From: Octopus vulgaris
Taxonomy: Eukaryota
Direction of reading: 5' to 3'
DNA: 64,000 nucleotides
NCBI GenBank assembly: GCA_951406725.2
Contig: OX597816.1
Coordinates: 56,048,001-56,112,000 of the forward strand
Shown: in pieces, positions 13,151-27,200 of the stretch
Position numbering within the stretch: the stretch's first letter is position 1
Layout: each line of letters begins with the position of its first letter
Notes under the pieces: generated by a model
Seen by the model: only the letters and a program-made list of their open reading frames with translations
The model's database searches: none
Told to the model about the DNA's origin: nothing
Program-made: the position numbers and the translations under genes

Positions 13151-13555
13151 ATATATACTCAATTTTACTAAGATTTGGTGTACAAGACGTACCTGTGTAG
13201 ATGAATACTTTTTAGGTGGGTGTGTAACTTGCACTGCACAAACCCCAGAAAACATTTGCCGGCGTGACATGAGAATTGACAAAACCGGGAACTTTCAAGC
13301 GATCAGGTTTCATTTCGGAGAGTTCCTTCTCCTGGGTAGATTACCAACCAAGATTAAAGAGCTTTTACTTGCCCATGAGGTGAGCTATCCCGTGCCAGAC
13401 ACCCAAATGCTCCATATAGTGATTAAATATCATTCTGGCTTCCGACACGGAGCAGCTCACGTATTCTTAAAAAATGTGATATAAATTTAAAAATATAAAT
13501 AAAATAATATTTATATATATATATATCAAATGAAAAACAGGAGGCAAAGGATGTC

Positions 13556-13648
13556 GCGGTACACATGTTTCGAGCTTTATAAAACAACTTATACTTACAT
13601 CAATGCATAATCGACATAACAGATAGTTTAAAAGCCCTCTTCAGCCAC
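13556..13648 (-). ncRNA. Type I hammerhead ribozyme motif (long stem II, minimal stem III)
   Basis: Minus strand GUGG-CUGAAGA-GGGCUUU...AAAGCUC-GAAA-C-AUGU-G-UA-CCGC: intact core, paired stems I and II, GUA cleavage triplet. Confidence 0.75.
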
Positions 13649-13781
13649 ATGCAATTGCTACACCAAAGACTTGTATCACATTATGAAAGGTTTGGGAAAG
13701 AACATTTGGTATTATTTATAATGGCAAGTAAACCGAGTATCACTGGGAAAGTATGTTATATGTGTATATAACAATATATGA

Positions 13782-13850
<69 letters not shown>

Positions 13851-13861
13851 TATATACATAT

Positions 13862-13929
<68 letters not shown>

Positions 13930-14956
13930 ACTTTACTTGGATAGGTTTCAGTCAGTATTGACCCAAGCCACGTCTAACTTAATAGCACCACCTAGCGAAG
14001 TCATTCAAATCAGGAATCGGACAACCTGGCCCACTAGAGTAGAGAGTTATTGATTATGGAGACATATCCCGGTGTAGGAGATTTACCCGGTCATTTTCGG
14101 TTTGTATCTGGGAACCATGTTGTTTTGTCTTCTGACCGGCCGGTCGTGTCTTTTTGTGTCCGTATATATCTCAGAAAACTGCTGCCATCCCTGAATGTTT
14201 TATGGTTATTTCATCTCACTTTGAAAGTGACTTTGTATCAGTGTTACCAATCAAGTTAATCTAAGTATATTCAGTTGTTTTCTGATTTTAACCTGAGATA
14301 TATACTCATAATAATGTGTAGATAAGTATCCATGACTTAAAGTGCTTCAGTTTATCCAAAGTAATATTTTGTTGTTAATGTGCAATTTATAATTCTCAAG
14401 CGTTAAATTCCAATCTGTTCAATATTTTTCCTCATTTAGGTACTTTTCGGCCGTGTAATATATCAGTCATAAAAAAAATACATGTCAAATGTATGTATTT
14501 TCCAGTAAAACTTTTGTTACAAGAAATTCTATATCAGAATGCCAAATATCAGTAAAAATGTATCAGAATGCCTCATAAAATATCAAACACATCAGAATAC
14601 TTCAGAAAAATGGCGGCGTATTTATTTATGAAATATATCAGAATACATTGCGTTTTGTAATATGTGAATATCAGAAAAGAGGGTCATATTTATACATGTC
14701 AGAATATTTTATGATCATCAAAATATCATCAAATCAGAAAACAAATCGCAGTAATTTTGTATTTAAGTTCATCTTATTTTTGTATTTTTATTACTTTTTG
14801 TAGTCTCCAGTACATTTGCCGTACACTTCTATGTACACGTCGTACACGTACACATCGTGACGTATGAGTAGAAAATAAATGGCTCCCAAGTTTAAACCAT
14901 TGTTCATCTTTATTGTCACAGTGGTGGTTGTGAACACTCTCACACACACACATATA

Positions 14957-15025
<69 letters not shown>

Positions 15026-15267
15026 GTACATATACATAATAGAAATATTAAAATTACTAAGTCTCTCTAAAAGAGAACAACGGCAGCGTTCCCGGAAAAT
15101 AATAGTTATCGCCATACTAATATGGCATTCTTATAAAAATAAGAATAAAGCTGTCCGCTTATTAGCTCCATGAGGCCATCGCCTTAAGTTAGCTATTTGA
15201 TACACAAACTGTATCCATATAATCTTCGAACAAGGGAGGTCAGTCGCTCCACACTACTTGACCGGCA

Positions 15268-15308
15268 GCTACAGACGCGTTTCGGGTATTGTCCCTTTTC
15301 AATGCAGC
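15268..15308 (-). ncRNA. Degenerate minimal hammerhead motif
   Basis: Minus strand GCUGCA-UUGAAAA-GGG-ACAAUA-CCC-GAAA-CGCG-UC-UGUAGC: all stems intact, palindromic stem III, two substitutions in the CUGANGA box. Confidence 0.55.
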
Positions 15309-15357
15309 GTAGGTTATATGGATAGTTTGTGTATATATACGTGTCATGCTAATAACG

Positions 15358-15509
<152 letters not shown>

Positions 15510-15758
15510 CTTAGGATATTTAAGAATGGAAATAGCAGCCAAAACTTGAATCTAAAACCACATATTGAATGTTCATACAGAACCAGGTGCTGTGTGAACA
15601 TTTAATGTGGTTTTAGTGTCAAGTTTTGGCTGCTGTTTCCAGCGTGGCGGTATCTCTTAAGAAACCTTAAATTATAATTTTTATAATAACTTTACCTTTG
15701 AAGGTTTTTATTCCCATGCTGGCCACTTGATAACATTGATATTTAAATAACGATGTAT

Positions 15759-15818
<60 letters not shown>

Positions 15819-15819
15819 T

Positions 15820-15975
15820 TCCGAGTTCTTTTACAGGGCTTAAAAAAATGAAGGACTGGTGCAATAAAGCGTGTGAATCTGAGAGGAAAATACGTTGAGT
15901 GGAATCATGATTAATTGGTCTTCCTATATTTCCTTTTACTCAAATCCAGGAACTTTTCATCACCTCCTCTTGTAT
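15820..15975 (+). mobile_element. Mariner 3'-end remnant
   Basis: ..KCVNLRGKYVE-like C-terminal transposase trace followed by a TIR-like end GGAACTTTTCATCACCTCCTCTTG|TA. Confidence 0.5.
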
Positions 15976-15988
15976 ATACATGTGTGTG

Positions 15989-16050
<62 letters not shown>

Positions 16051-17864
16051 GTGTGCGTCAGTGTGTTTGTCTGTGTTAGTGTGTCGCGAAAGAGAGAGAA
16101 GCATAAATAGACGTATTTTTGCTCCTTCCCACCCGCGTGTGTGTGTGTGTGTGCGTGTGTATTAAAATCCAATGAATCTGCAAAATACCTGTATTTTTTC
16201 ACGTCACAGATAATGCGATCCAGTAAGTCGGGTCGATATGATTGATGAATTCTCTACATGTTTGTGATAGGTAAACTTTGTCGTTTGCTTGAGAATTTAT
16301 ATTCTCTTTCTGTAAGTTTTATTTGGCCGGCAGTTCTAACTACCCTAAATGATTACAATTGTGAGTTGAGCCATTAAAACAAAATGAAATGTCTCGTTTT
16401 TGTTGAAAATTATTTCCTTTAGAAATGTGTCTTTACTTTTGTCCGGTCTCCGTTTCTTTTGTGAAGCAACAGGTTTACATTTGTTTTGCACATTAACAAT
16501 TAAGGTTTGTTATCCGACGAACTTCCATTACGTCAACCTGATCAATTACTTGCAGTTTCCTAGTCTTTAAATCCACCTCCATTGAACTTTGATCGATATT
16601 TTCAACTCAAAACCTTACATGTTTCCTCTTCTTTTTGGATAGCAATGACGAATTTCAAGCGTTTTGTATTTTCCTTTTTTATGTGTATGAAGGTGGGTAA
16701 AATAAAACATGTCGTAGTAACGTGTCTTGTCATTGCGATACTAGCGTGGCTGAATAAATCCAGTACTACCATGTTGACATTCATTACGCCCCGTGGTTAT
16801 CCAATATTCCCCATCACACTCATCTTGATTTTTTTTGGTCATTCATCAATGTCAGCAACGTTGTTGTTCTTTTTAGACGCTGTTTCATAGTCAACTTTTT
16901 CTGGTTAATGATGGACGCCTTTCGCTGCACTTGTGGTAGTAATTCCCACATCTCCAGCTTCAACCCGTCAAAGCACCGCCGCCACTCTCACCACCACTAC
17001 TATAATATGTTAATCTCTATGTTTTTATGTCGTCAATAGTTTCTTTATTCCTTTTTTCTTACTTCACTTTAGGTTTTGTACATACAGAAAAGTAATGCAT
17101 CCCAATGTCTCCAGTTCTACTGCTTTCTCTCAACAACAGAGAAACAATTCAAGGAAATACACCTTTAAAAACAAATAGTTTATATGAATAAACATGTAGA
17201 CATCTATATCAAGTCAAGGCTGTAAGGGATAAAGGAAACGTCGCACATTGTATCATGCCATAAATGAAGCAATTTCACAACGCAGAGTACCAGAGCGATT
17301 GCAGAAAATAACAAAACAAAAGCGATGAGTGAATGTGGCAGCAGAAAGAGGAAAACATGAACAGTTATTTATAGAATTCTGGAAAAAGTTAAATGACAGG
17401 TGGTTTGGCAGTGAAACTTAATTCCAAATAGAATAGATGTTATGTCAGTAGTCCCAAGGAGATTTTGGTTATATTGGAATAATTTGATTTATCCAGCAAT
17501 ATAGAAGTTTTAATGACTGCACTTACAATTTCAATAAATATTTAATTAAAGAAATTATTATAATTTCTAAACTAAATCCCTATATTAATTCATTCTTGTG
17601 TAAAACATTCCCAGCAGAAAAAACAAAACGTTGTAAGTCCGTAAATATCTCGTTCTTTAGCTAATACAAGAAAGCATAGACAAACTTCGTCATCACAAAT
17701 TTCTCTTTAAATCGTGGTGTGCGGAAGCTTTAGAATTTTAATTTGTAATGCGTGATTTATTCTCATTTAGATTATTTCTCATTTAGATTTAGTTCTGTTT
17801 TGATATCTTCCACACGGAAATTACGTAGAAAATTGACTGGTTCCCGGTTTTAAAGTTATTTATA

Positions 17865-18900
17865 AGTGTCTAGGAGACTTTCTTGCCAATAGAGAAAGAA
17901 GCAGTTTCTATCCTAGTTCCCAGGCTCCTTCATTAGAATTTCACCATCAACAACAGGGTAATTTGTATGTATGTAGTATGTATGTGTGTATGTAGGTATG
18001 TATGTATGTATATGCAGATATGTATGGTTTATGTATACATTTTCATGCATACACTTGCATATCTAGACAAGCTCATATGTATTTATGAAGTTTATCATAA
18101 ATAGTTTTACAGATTTTTACAGTTCCAGTGATGGATTGGACCTATAGCCTTCGTATTAGCTTTATCCTTTCAGGTTTTGAGAAGCCTAATTTCTCAAGAT
18201 TGGTATTTAGTCAGTGTGTTACATATCTCACGACCCCAATAATCTGGATTGAGTAACTGCAGATTTCTAGATATTTCAGCATAGGTGTTCTCTTTTTCAC
18301 TGATTTTCAGCTTTATGTTAACATCCGCTGGGTAGCTAAGTTCCATAACTGTGAACAGTTTCTCTTGTCTGTCCCAAACCATATCAGGTCTGTTATGCTT
18401 ACATTTTATTGAGGTCTTCGCTGGAACATTCCACCAGTATTCCTTTTTATGATGTGGCCATGGCTTCTACCATATTGTAGGTTCTTATTTCTTTGTCCTC
18501 GGGATTATCCTTGCGACGGATTTCATTGTAGAATGTCCTAGCTACATCATGTCTCATCGGCAGATAATATCGTGATGACATTTTTAGACAACTGCTTATG
18601 ATGTGGGTGTTATCTTCGGCTTTAATTCCACAAAGTCTACAAAGGTTGTCACATTTTACGGCTTTTTCTGCATCTCTACCCCTTTTGTGTACCAAGTACT
18701 TGATTGATATTTCCTGTTCCTAAATTGCAAACGCATACCCTTTAAAGTGGGAGGTAGTACTCCGGCTATTGGTCCATGATAAACTGCTTTGATGATAGAT
18801 GTTACAATCATCATGGAGCTTTCTACTTACATATCCATGCATAGTTTTCTGCTGATACAGGCTCATCCTTTCATCTGAAGATACGTTGCTGTAGAGTTGT
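17865..18900 (-). mobile_element. RLE-type (R4-like) LINE family C, 3' fragment
   Basis: CRLC..HIISSC..RHD zinc knuckle, HNRPD..WD RLE motif, ISEKENTYAE..NLQLL. The 3' UTR contains (CATA)n. Homologous to 26600-27200. Confidence 0.8.
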
Positions 18901-20127
18901 TCAGTAAAAGAGGCCGATAGAATAAATACCAGGCTTACAAAGTATTAGTTCAAGGGTTGACTTCTTCGACAAAAAGGTGGTGTTCTAGCATGGCCACAGT
19001 CAAAATGTCTGAAACAAGTAAAGGAATAAAAGAATACATGCTTAAATACTTGCATTCATTCATTCATACATACATACATACATACATACATACATACATA
19101 CATACATACATACATACATACATACATACATACATACAAACAGACAAACAAAGAGATCAGGTTGTTCTGTGTGTTGACTACTTGAAATGAGTCCAAATTT
19201 TCCGGCTAGTTGACATGCATGTGTGAGACATTTTCAACGTTGAGCCTGCCAGAAAACAGCTTTAAGTCAGTTATGTTACCAAGTGAACCATGAATTTCGT
19301 TCACAAGAAAATCCCAAGAAGTCTCTCAATCCTGAACATGTCAGAAATTTCAATGGACAGTCAGAAACTGAACCTCCATTATTAATTCAACACCTCTATT
19401 CCGATAGGGCAGCCTAATGGTATGCCATTTATTTTTTGTGGTTTTGCATTTAAAATATAAACAATATTAAATCAAAGTTTATATTTAGTCGTGTGGAGTT
19501 AAATTAAAAATTGTACACAATAATATAGTTCTTATCTGATTAAAGATCTCAATTTTATTCAGTGGCGATGGTCGGCATCACAATATAATAACTTGAGTGG
19601 TTGAGTCGATCTTATTCATGAGAAAACTAATTATTAAACCCAATAATTATTATTGCCTGATGAGTTTAATGCATCGAAATGAAGAAATAGAATCGCCAAC
19701 TTTTATTTAGCATATGATAAATATTAATTATGGATATTCTTCGTTGCTATTCAATTTGATTACTGTGTAGGCTGCTTAATATTTATGTGTATTGCATCTC
19801 AGAAGTATTCCGAGAATTTGGTCAATTTTAAACATCTAGTCGTTCATAGAACCTGAAGACAGTTTAATTGCAAAGTCTGTGCAAAAGAATCTCTAAATGG
19901 TTATTAATGGCTCCCAAGCATCTGTCACGTAAAGGCTGTCACATATGTCACACATTCTACTGCATTTATCTAACTCTGTGTGTACATGCAAATTACCACA
20001 TGCGCATGCGCGCGCACACAAACACACACCTGCATATGTATGCATGTAGGTAGATTGGTAGGTAGGTAAGTAGGTAGGCAGGTAGGTAGGTAGGCAGGTA
20101 GGTGTATATATATACGTATATATATAT

Positions 20128-20266
20128 ATTTCTTTACAACCCACAAGGGGCTAAACACAGAGGATACAAACAAGGACAGACAAACGGATTAAATCGATTA
20201 CATCGACCCCAGTGCGTAACTGGTACTTAATTTATCGACCCCGAAAGGATGAAAGGCAAAATCGAC
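20128..20266 (-). mobile_element. SINE family 2, 3' part
   Basis: Near-identical to 9885-10025. Confidence 0.8.
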
Positions 20267-20316
20267 GTATATATATATATCATATATACACACAAACAGA
20301 AACACACACAATATAC

Positions 20317-20402
<86 letters not shown>

Positions 20403-21059
20403 GTTTAGTTCACAGGTGATCTAAACGAATAGGTACGCTAGGTAAATGCTGCAACGAATTACTAGGGTTCCAAGGATGACTTAACGCCTGTTGTCCTCTT
20501 TAAAATGCAGCCCAATGTATGTGCTTTGTCATGTTTCTTTGGAAGACATTAAGCATGTGATTAGCAGATATCCTAAAATGTCGTAAAGCAGTTTACAATG
20601 CCAACCACTGTCCTGAAATAAAAAGTAATGCCATTTTGTTTTAGACATTACCAACACAGGAACATGTATAATGCATAAAAATGAAGCTGGACCTCTGTGG
20701 ATCACATCCCTACTTCTTAACATAGTAAACCGTTTTTCTCAATAACAATGTTCCACCTTCAAATGAGAGCATGTATCCCTGCCACGTAAAATACTGTTGA
20801 CTGTTCTTTGAGCAACTTCTTCACTACAGTTTCCACTTCCTCGTCACTGAAATAATGTTTGCCTCCCAAACCCTCTTTCGTGGGGTTTCATTAAATCCAC
20901 TCACAAGGCTTTGGTCGGCCAGAGGCAACATAAGAAGGCGCTATCCCGAGGCGCCACGCAGTGGGGCTGAACCCGGAACCATGTGGTTGGGAAGCAATCC
21001 TCGTATGTACATTAGATGCAATAAATTTTGTAGGAAATTATTAATAACTAAATAATTTA

Positions 21060-21580
21060 TAATGGAGAAAATGAACAAAATTAGAGAACGCATGGTGTCA
21101 AATTAAAAAAGTAAAATCTGGCAACACTCCGACCGATGTAAACTAAACTGACTTAGCGGTACGAAGATTGATATTGATCAATAGTGAATTAACAGCCATG
21201 GAAATCCGATGCAAAACATGATGAAAGCCACAGGAGGCGAATGGTCACATTGAAAAAAGAAGAAGGAATAGCAATTTCTGCTATCGCCAGAGATGTTAAC
21301 AAATCAATGAGTGTTGTTTCAAGAATACACAGGCTTTACGAAGAAACAAGCCCGTTTGTGTCAGTAGAAGAACGAAGGTGACAACGGAAAATAAGTGTTC
21401 GGCAAGACAGTGTGATTCAGAGGCTGTCGTTAAGAGACCATTTCGATACTGCTGCTGGTTATTCTCACCAACTAAATCATGATTACGGAATGGCTATGTT
21501 TCGGAAGACTGGCTCGTCGTTTATAGGAAGTCGGATTTCATGCCCGTTCCCCCGCCATTAAACTTCTTGTTTCGAGAAAC
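21060..21580 (+). mobile_element. Tc1-like transposase N-terminal fossil
   Basis: MVTLKKEEGIAISAIARDVNKSMSVVSRIHRLYEET..RKISVRQD..RRL.EVGFHAR..K, a paired-like HTH with stops. Confidence 0.65.
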
Positions 21581-21714
21581 GCGGAGTAGATGAAACAGGA
21601 ACAACTGATGAAGGGGAATATTCTTTATGTTCCATGTCTCGTTTCTCTGTTTGTTTTTATGTTTTCGTTTCTCAATGCGTTCAACGTTTTTTTATGTCCT
21701 GTACCCATATATGC

Positions 21715-21772
<58 letters not shown>

Positions 21773-21809
21773 TGGTATGTACATATATGTATATATATAT
21801 ATATTTATA

Positions 21810-21856
<47 letters not shown>

Positions 21857-21859
21857 CAA

Positions 21860-21979
21860 TTTGCCAAAATATTTTCGTCGCTTTGAGACCGCGACCTGTT
21901 CACTGGCAAAATACCGTACACCACAATATTTTTCAGTGAACAGGTCGCGGTTTCAAAACGACGAAAATATATTGGCAAA
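21860..21979. repeat. Inverted repeat, 46-bp arms with 3 mismatches, 28-nt spacer
   Basis: 21860-21905 is the reverse complement of 21934-21979. The unit lies between (TA)n arrays. Confidence 0.9.
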
Positions 21980-22118
21980 CTTAATTTAAATCTTGAAGTA
22001 AATCTAACGGTTTTTGTGTGTTTTAATGGTTTATAAACACCTTCCACGCTGCAATTGTTTTCGTTCCAGCACCCGATATCAGATCAGGTCACTTGCTATG
22101 CAAGTACATCTGCGTAAC

Positions 22119-22177
<59 letters not shown>

Positions 22178-23009
22178 AGATCACGCGATTTGTATGCCTG
22201 TATTTATATGCAGTGATGAGTAATATATATACACGCTTCAAGAAAAATTGTTCTTAATTTATTGAAAATTATTCCCCCTTCGAGGGAACTGTAAGCAAAT
22301 GGTTTGCGAAAACGGTGAACAGCTCCAAATGAGATGGCGAGATAATATCAAGTTTTAAGAATCGTCATAAAAACTGACATAGAAATAAATTATTTCTCTT
22401 CGTTGATTTTTGGTTAATTCAACCAAATTCCTGCATTTTCATGTCAAAGTATGTAGCTTTGTACTGATGACGCCTATTAAACAGAAATACACGTTCCCAA
22501 TAGGGCTCTTATTTTCTGACAATCAGATTGTCATCTCGTCACAAGAAATCTTGATCCTTGCTTTATTTGCCCTTCTAATTTTGAATTGATTTCATCGATG
22601 TGATAATGTATTCTTCTCCTTTTCTCTCCGAGGAATATAAATTCTATAAAACTCAAAATTTCTAGAATTCTATCCCATTCGCTTTATTTGTTTTCATCGA
22701 TAAAATTCAAACCATTCACCAGACCGAGTTCGTTATTTTCATTTTGCGGGACGAGGTTGTGTGGGTATGTGTGTGTAGGGATCGATTGTTAGTTGAATGC
22801 ATGCGCACTGACCCCGCTGTGTACTATCTTGGGCGAATGTCATTCTCTATAACTTTCAGTCGATGCATTCCTAGTGTGTGAAATCGAGTTGACTAGAACT
22901 GTGGAGAATCCCGTTGGGTGGATGGGACATGTAATTTCAGGAGATTCAGGTATGTCACACTCACTGTCATTGAGCTGGTTCCACTCGAGAACATTACTAA
23001 AGGTATACA

Positions 23010-23173
23010 TAGGCGTAGGAGTGGCTGTGTGGTAAGTAACTTGCTTACGAACCACATGGTTCCGGGTTCAGTCCCACTGCGACGCACATTGGGCAGGTGT
23101 CTTCTACTATAGCCTCGGGCCGACCAAAGCCTTGTGAGTGGATTTGGTAGACGGAAACTGAAAGAAGCCTGTC

Positions 23174-23225
<52 letters not shown>

Positions 23226-23443
23226 GTATGCGTATATGTTTGTGTGTCTGTGTTTGTCCCCCAAACATCGCTTGACAACCGATGCTGGTGTGTTTATATC
23301 CCCGTAACTTAGCAGTTCGGCAAAAGAGACTGATAGAATAAGTACTAGGCTTACAAAGAATAAGTCCTGGGGTCAATTTGCTCGACTAAAAAGTGATTCT
23401 CCAGCATGGCCAAAGTCAAATGACTGAAACAAGTAAAAGAGTA
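23010..23443 (+). mobile_element. SINE family 1, full length
   Basis: High identity to 853-1318. Confidence 0.88.
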
Positions 23444-23947
23444 TATCTGGAGAAAAGTCGAGTAGCAAGGGGCGAGTTATGCGGCTGATCGAAAAGGTAT
23501 ATCCGCCCCCTCGAATCAACTGAGTAATATTTCCATTTTTTTATGTTTTGTTATATTTCGGGCCAATAAAAGTGACACGGACTTATTCTATTTCGGTTCT
23601 TTATAAATAATTGTTTGTTTTATTCATTCGGTGAAGAGTTCCTTTAGATTTGGTTCCCCAATTAATCAATCATTCATTCGATTAGTTAATTGGTTAACTA
23701 GTTAACCAATTGACAAATAAATAATAAAGAACGGACAGACAACCAGTGGGTGGGTTTATTATTGGCATAATGACCGTCCCAAAATACACCAAAATATGTA
23801 TCGACACGCATCTTCAGATGAAGAATCTTATAAACCAAATCCAACAGTCCGGCTCTTTTAATTCTTTATTCCACCAAACATGATTATAGTTATTATTTTT
23901 AGCATTAGTACTGTTATTATGATTATTATTATTTTTATCATTAGTAC

Positions 23948-24011
<64 letters not shown>

Positions 24012-25019
24012 TACATTAAAATTATTAATAAAGCCATTTTCAGTAATTGTGTCATGTATTTTGCTTCAGCTCTTTAGTTGATTAGATATTGTCAAAATTG
24101 TTCTAAGATCATAATTCTGCTTTTCAATACTCAATCAGTCTTGTCCAGTCAGTCTTGTGCAATTCAATGTTTGTTATTCTGTTATTGATTTGAATGGCTA
24201 TTATTAGTGTTTCAAAGTTTGGCACAAGGCCAGCAATTTCGGGGGAGGGGGAGTCGATTACATCCCTCCGCCCCCGGGCTCAGTTGGTGCTTATTTTATC
24301 GACCCTGAAAGGATGAAATGCAAAATCGACCTCGGTTTCATTTCAACGCAGAACATGAAGACGGACGAAATGCCGATAAACCTTTTGCAGATTCTGTTAG
24401 TTCGCCGCCATTAAAGAAGTAATAATATTGAAGAACTGGTGGCGTGTTCCGAGCCTCGATCCATTTTATAGTATATCTTTCTGTTATGAATTAAAGGGAA
24501 GATAAAGAAGACCACGTGATATGTTGGTGACGTAATTATATTAAAATACAGATTGGAGTATTTGATGTTCTGTATAAAATATAGTCGTATTTTTTCATAG
24601 TCTACAGAAGATATTCTCTTTTATTTCATGTTGTTGTTCTTTTTTTTTCTATGGACGTCATCCAAAATGGGTGGTATGCAATCAAAGCACACAAAATTTG
24701 GATTGTATTTTGATATTTTAATTTCCTAAGAATTCAACAATTGTTATTATTCTCCCCATGATTTTGGTACAATTAGAAATGGATAATAAATAAAAGCCTA
24801 GTTTGGTAATGAAGTCGTATGCAATACTTCTGGGTTTACTCTCACCATTAAGGTTTATTTTAGAAATAAATTCGAATCTTATCCCAGGGAGATACTTTCA
24901 TACACCGTGGTCACATCTAGTGGAAAAGTTTATGATTTCTTTTTGTTGTGAAACGATCTTAACAGCCATTCGCTGATGCACACGTATAAAAATACACACA
25001 CCCATAAAAGCATGGAGAA

Positions 25020-25500
25020 TCCCCCTGTTGTTGAGTACCTACACATACGTTAACGCAAGGAATATTGGTGGAACATTCCCATCAAAACATGTATCAAGTG
25101 TAAACATAACTGAACCGATATTATTATTTGGGACTCTCAAGAGAATATTATTATTTGGCACTTTCAAGCGTGTAGTACCATCGAGGTCAGCTCCTGATGT
25201 GAGAATCTTTTCTAAAATCAAAGAGAAAGGGAGTAACTATTGACAACTGCTTCTCAGCATTCCAGGTTCTTTCTCTGGATAATAAATTCACATTTATACT
25301 AACAACAATGATCGGTGCTCTTCGTTTTGTGACAAACTGGGAAAGCTTAGATTTTCTATAAAGAGAAATCAACCAAATAACTTGCAAATACAGTTTGTAA
25401 GTGGAAGAGTAAAAATATGCAAGACATTTCTCAAGTTCAACTTGTGACATTGCTTTTGTATGTACATTCAAGCGAAGGAGATTTGCATCTTTGTTAGAGA
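25020..25500 (-). mobile_element. Possible Crypton-like (tyrosine recombinase/DUF3504) fossil
   Basis: MSQVELEKCLAYFY..VIWLISLY..TPFLF resembles Crypton YR motifs. Heavily deleted, weak assignment. Confidence 0.35.
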
Positions 25501-25647
25501 GCGACTCTTTCCTTACTTGAAAACGTCAAATATTTATAAACACAATAGAAAATGCATACACTCATGCATACAAACATGCACACATACATACACAGTGGTA
25601 ACATAGGCATACATACATGCAAACATATAAACATACATATAAATATA

Positions 25648-25878
25648 TATTTCTTTATTGCTCACAAGGGGCTAAACACAGAGGGGACAAACAAGGACAG
25701 ACAAAGGGATTAAGTCTATTATATCGACCCCAGTGCGAAACTGGTACTTTATTTATCGACCCCGAAAGGATGAAAGGCAAAGTCGACTTCGGCAGAATTT
25801 GAACTCAGAACGTAACAACAGACGAAATACCGCTAAGCATTTCGCCCGGCGCGCTAACGTGTCTGCCAGCTCGCCGCC
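25648..25878 (-). mobile_element. SINE family 2, full length
   Basis: High identity to 9880-10119. Confidence 0.85.
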
Positions 25879-26061
25879 TATATACATACATATAAATATA
25901 TATATACAGACATGCATGCATACATACATGCATGCATACATGCATATATACGTACATACATATACATATATAGATACATGCATATATCCATATATACATG
26001 CATGCATACACGCATACATACATGCATAGATACATATATACATACATACATGCATATAGGC

Positions 26062-26400
26062 ATCTGAGACCCCTTTCGGTCATGACTGACTATGGGATTG
26101 CACCTAGAAAGTTACCCTCCCTGGCACAAGTCCGAGTAAAGTTGTTTATGGAAGACCAGCACTCGCCCATGCATACCGGCCTCCCCTCTCCACGCCACCT
26201 GTATTATCCAAGGGAAAAGCAAAGGGGCCGATACAGCTTGGCACCTGTGACGTCGCAACGCATTTCTACAGCTGAATGAACTGTAGTAATGTGAAATAAA
26301 GTGTCTTGCTCAAGAACACCATACGCAGCCCGGTCCGAGATTCGAACTCACAACTTCACGATCGTAAGCTCGATGCTCTAACCACTGAGCCATGCGCCTT
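26062..26400 (-). mobile_element. tRNA-head SINE (family 3 head, different 3' part)
   Basis: Minus strand GGCGCATGGCTCAGTGGTTAGAGCATC..GAGTTCGAATCTC..TTCTTGAGCAAGACACTTTATTTCAC; head shared with 58990-59316. Confidence 0.75.
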
Positions 26401-26599
26401 CACATATATGCATACCTACATGCATACATAATACATGCATACATACATATATGCGTACATGAATAAATACATGCATTTATAGATACATACTTGCATACAC
26501 ATATCCATACATACATACATACATGCATACATACATATATGCATGCATACATATATGCATACATATGTACATACATACACATATATACAGACAGACAGA

Positions 26600-27200
26600 C
26601 ATACCCCAGCGGATGTTAGCATAATGCTGAAGATCAGTGAAAAAGAGAATACCTATGCTGAACTATTGAGAAATCTGCAGTTACTCTATCCAGATTACAA
26701 GTTCAGGTTTATACTGACAGTGAGTGGGACCCTGGGATATGTAACACACTGCCTAAATACTAATCTTTAGAAATTAGGATCCTCAAAGCCAAAAATTAGA
26801 AAGCTAATTCGAAGACTACAGATCCAATCCATCACTGGAATCTGTAAAACTGTCCAGAAGTTTATCATTTAAATATATATGAACATGTCTAGATATGTAA
26901 CTATATGGATGAGAATACATACATAAAGCACAACATAAAAATCTACACCTATACATACATAGATGCATACATAGATACATACATACATACATACATACAT
27001 ACATACATACATACATACATACATACATACATACATACATACATACATACATACATACATACATACATACATACATACACATACAAATTACCCTGTTGTT
27101 GATTTTGAAATTACAACGAAGGAGACTTGGATCTAGGTTAGAAACCGGCTCATTCCCTCTTAGCAGGAAATCTTGAAATAAAATTTAATAATGACATACA
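26600..27200 (+). mobile_element. RLE-type LINE family C, 5'-truncated 3' end embedded in (CATA)n
   Basis: PADVSIMLKISEKENTYAELLRNLQLLYPDY matches the 18194 ORF. (CATA)n-type arrays lie upstream, inside the 3' UTR and downstream. Confidence 0.82.

Noticed and set aside
17880-17940. Hammerhead in the family C LINE 3' UTR (CTAATGA...GAAAC on minus)
   Set aside because: The core box differs among the three copies and stems I/II do not form canonically; kept only as a conserved terminal motif.
19655-19700. CTGATGA...GAAA matches here and at about 35596 and 63850
   Set aside because: Flanking stems or one core box are missing; compatible with chance in AT-rich DNA.
26320-26400. tRNA genes (also at 853, 54621 and about 59240-59316)
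   Set aside because: SINE heads with A/B boxes but no complete cloverleaf; they continue into repeat bodies.
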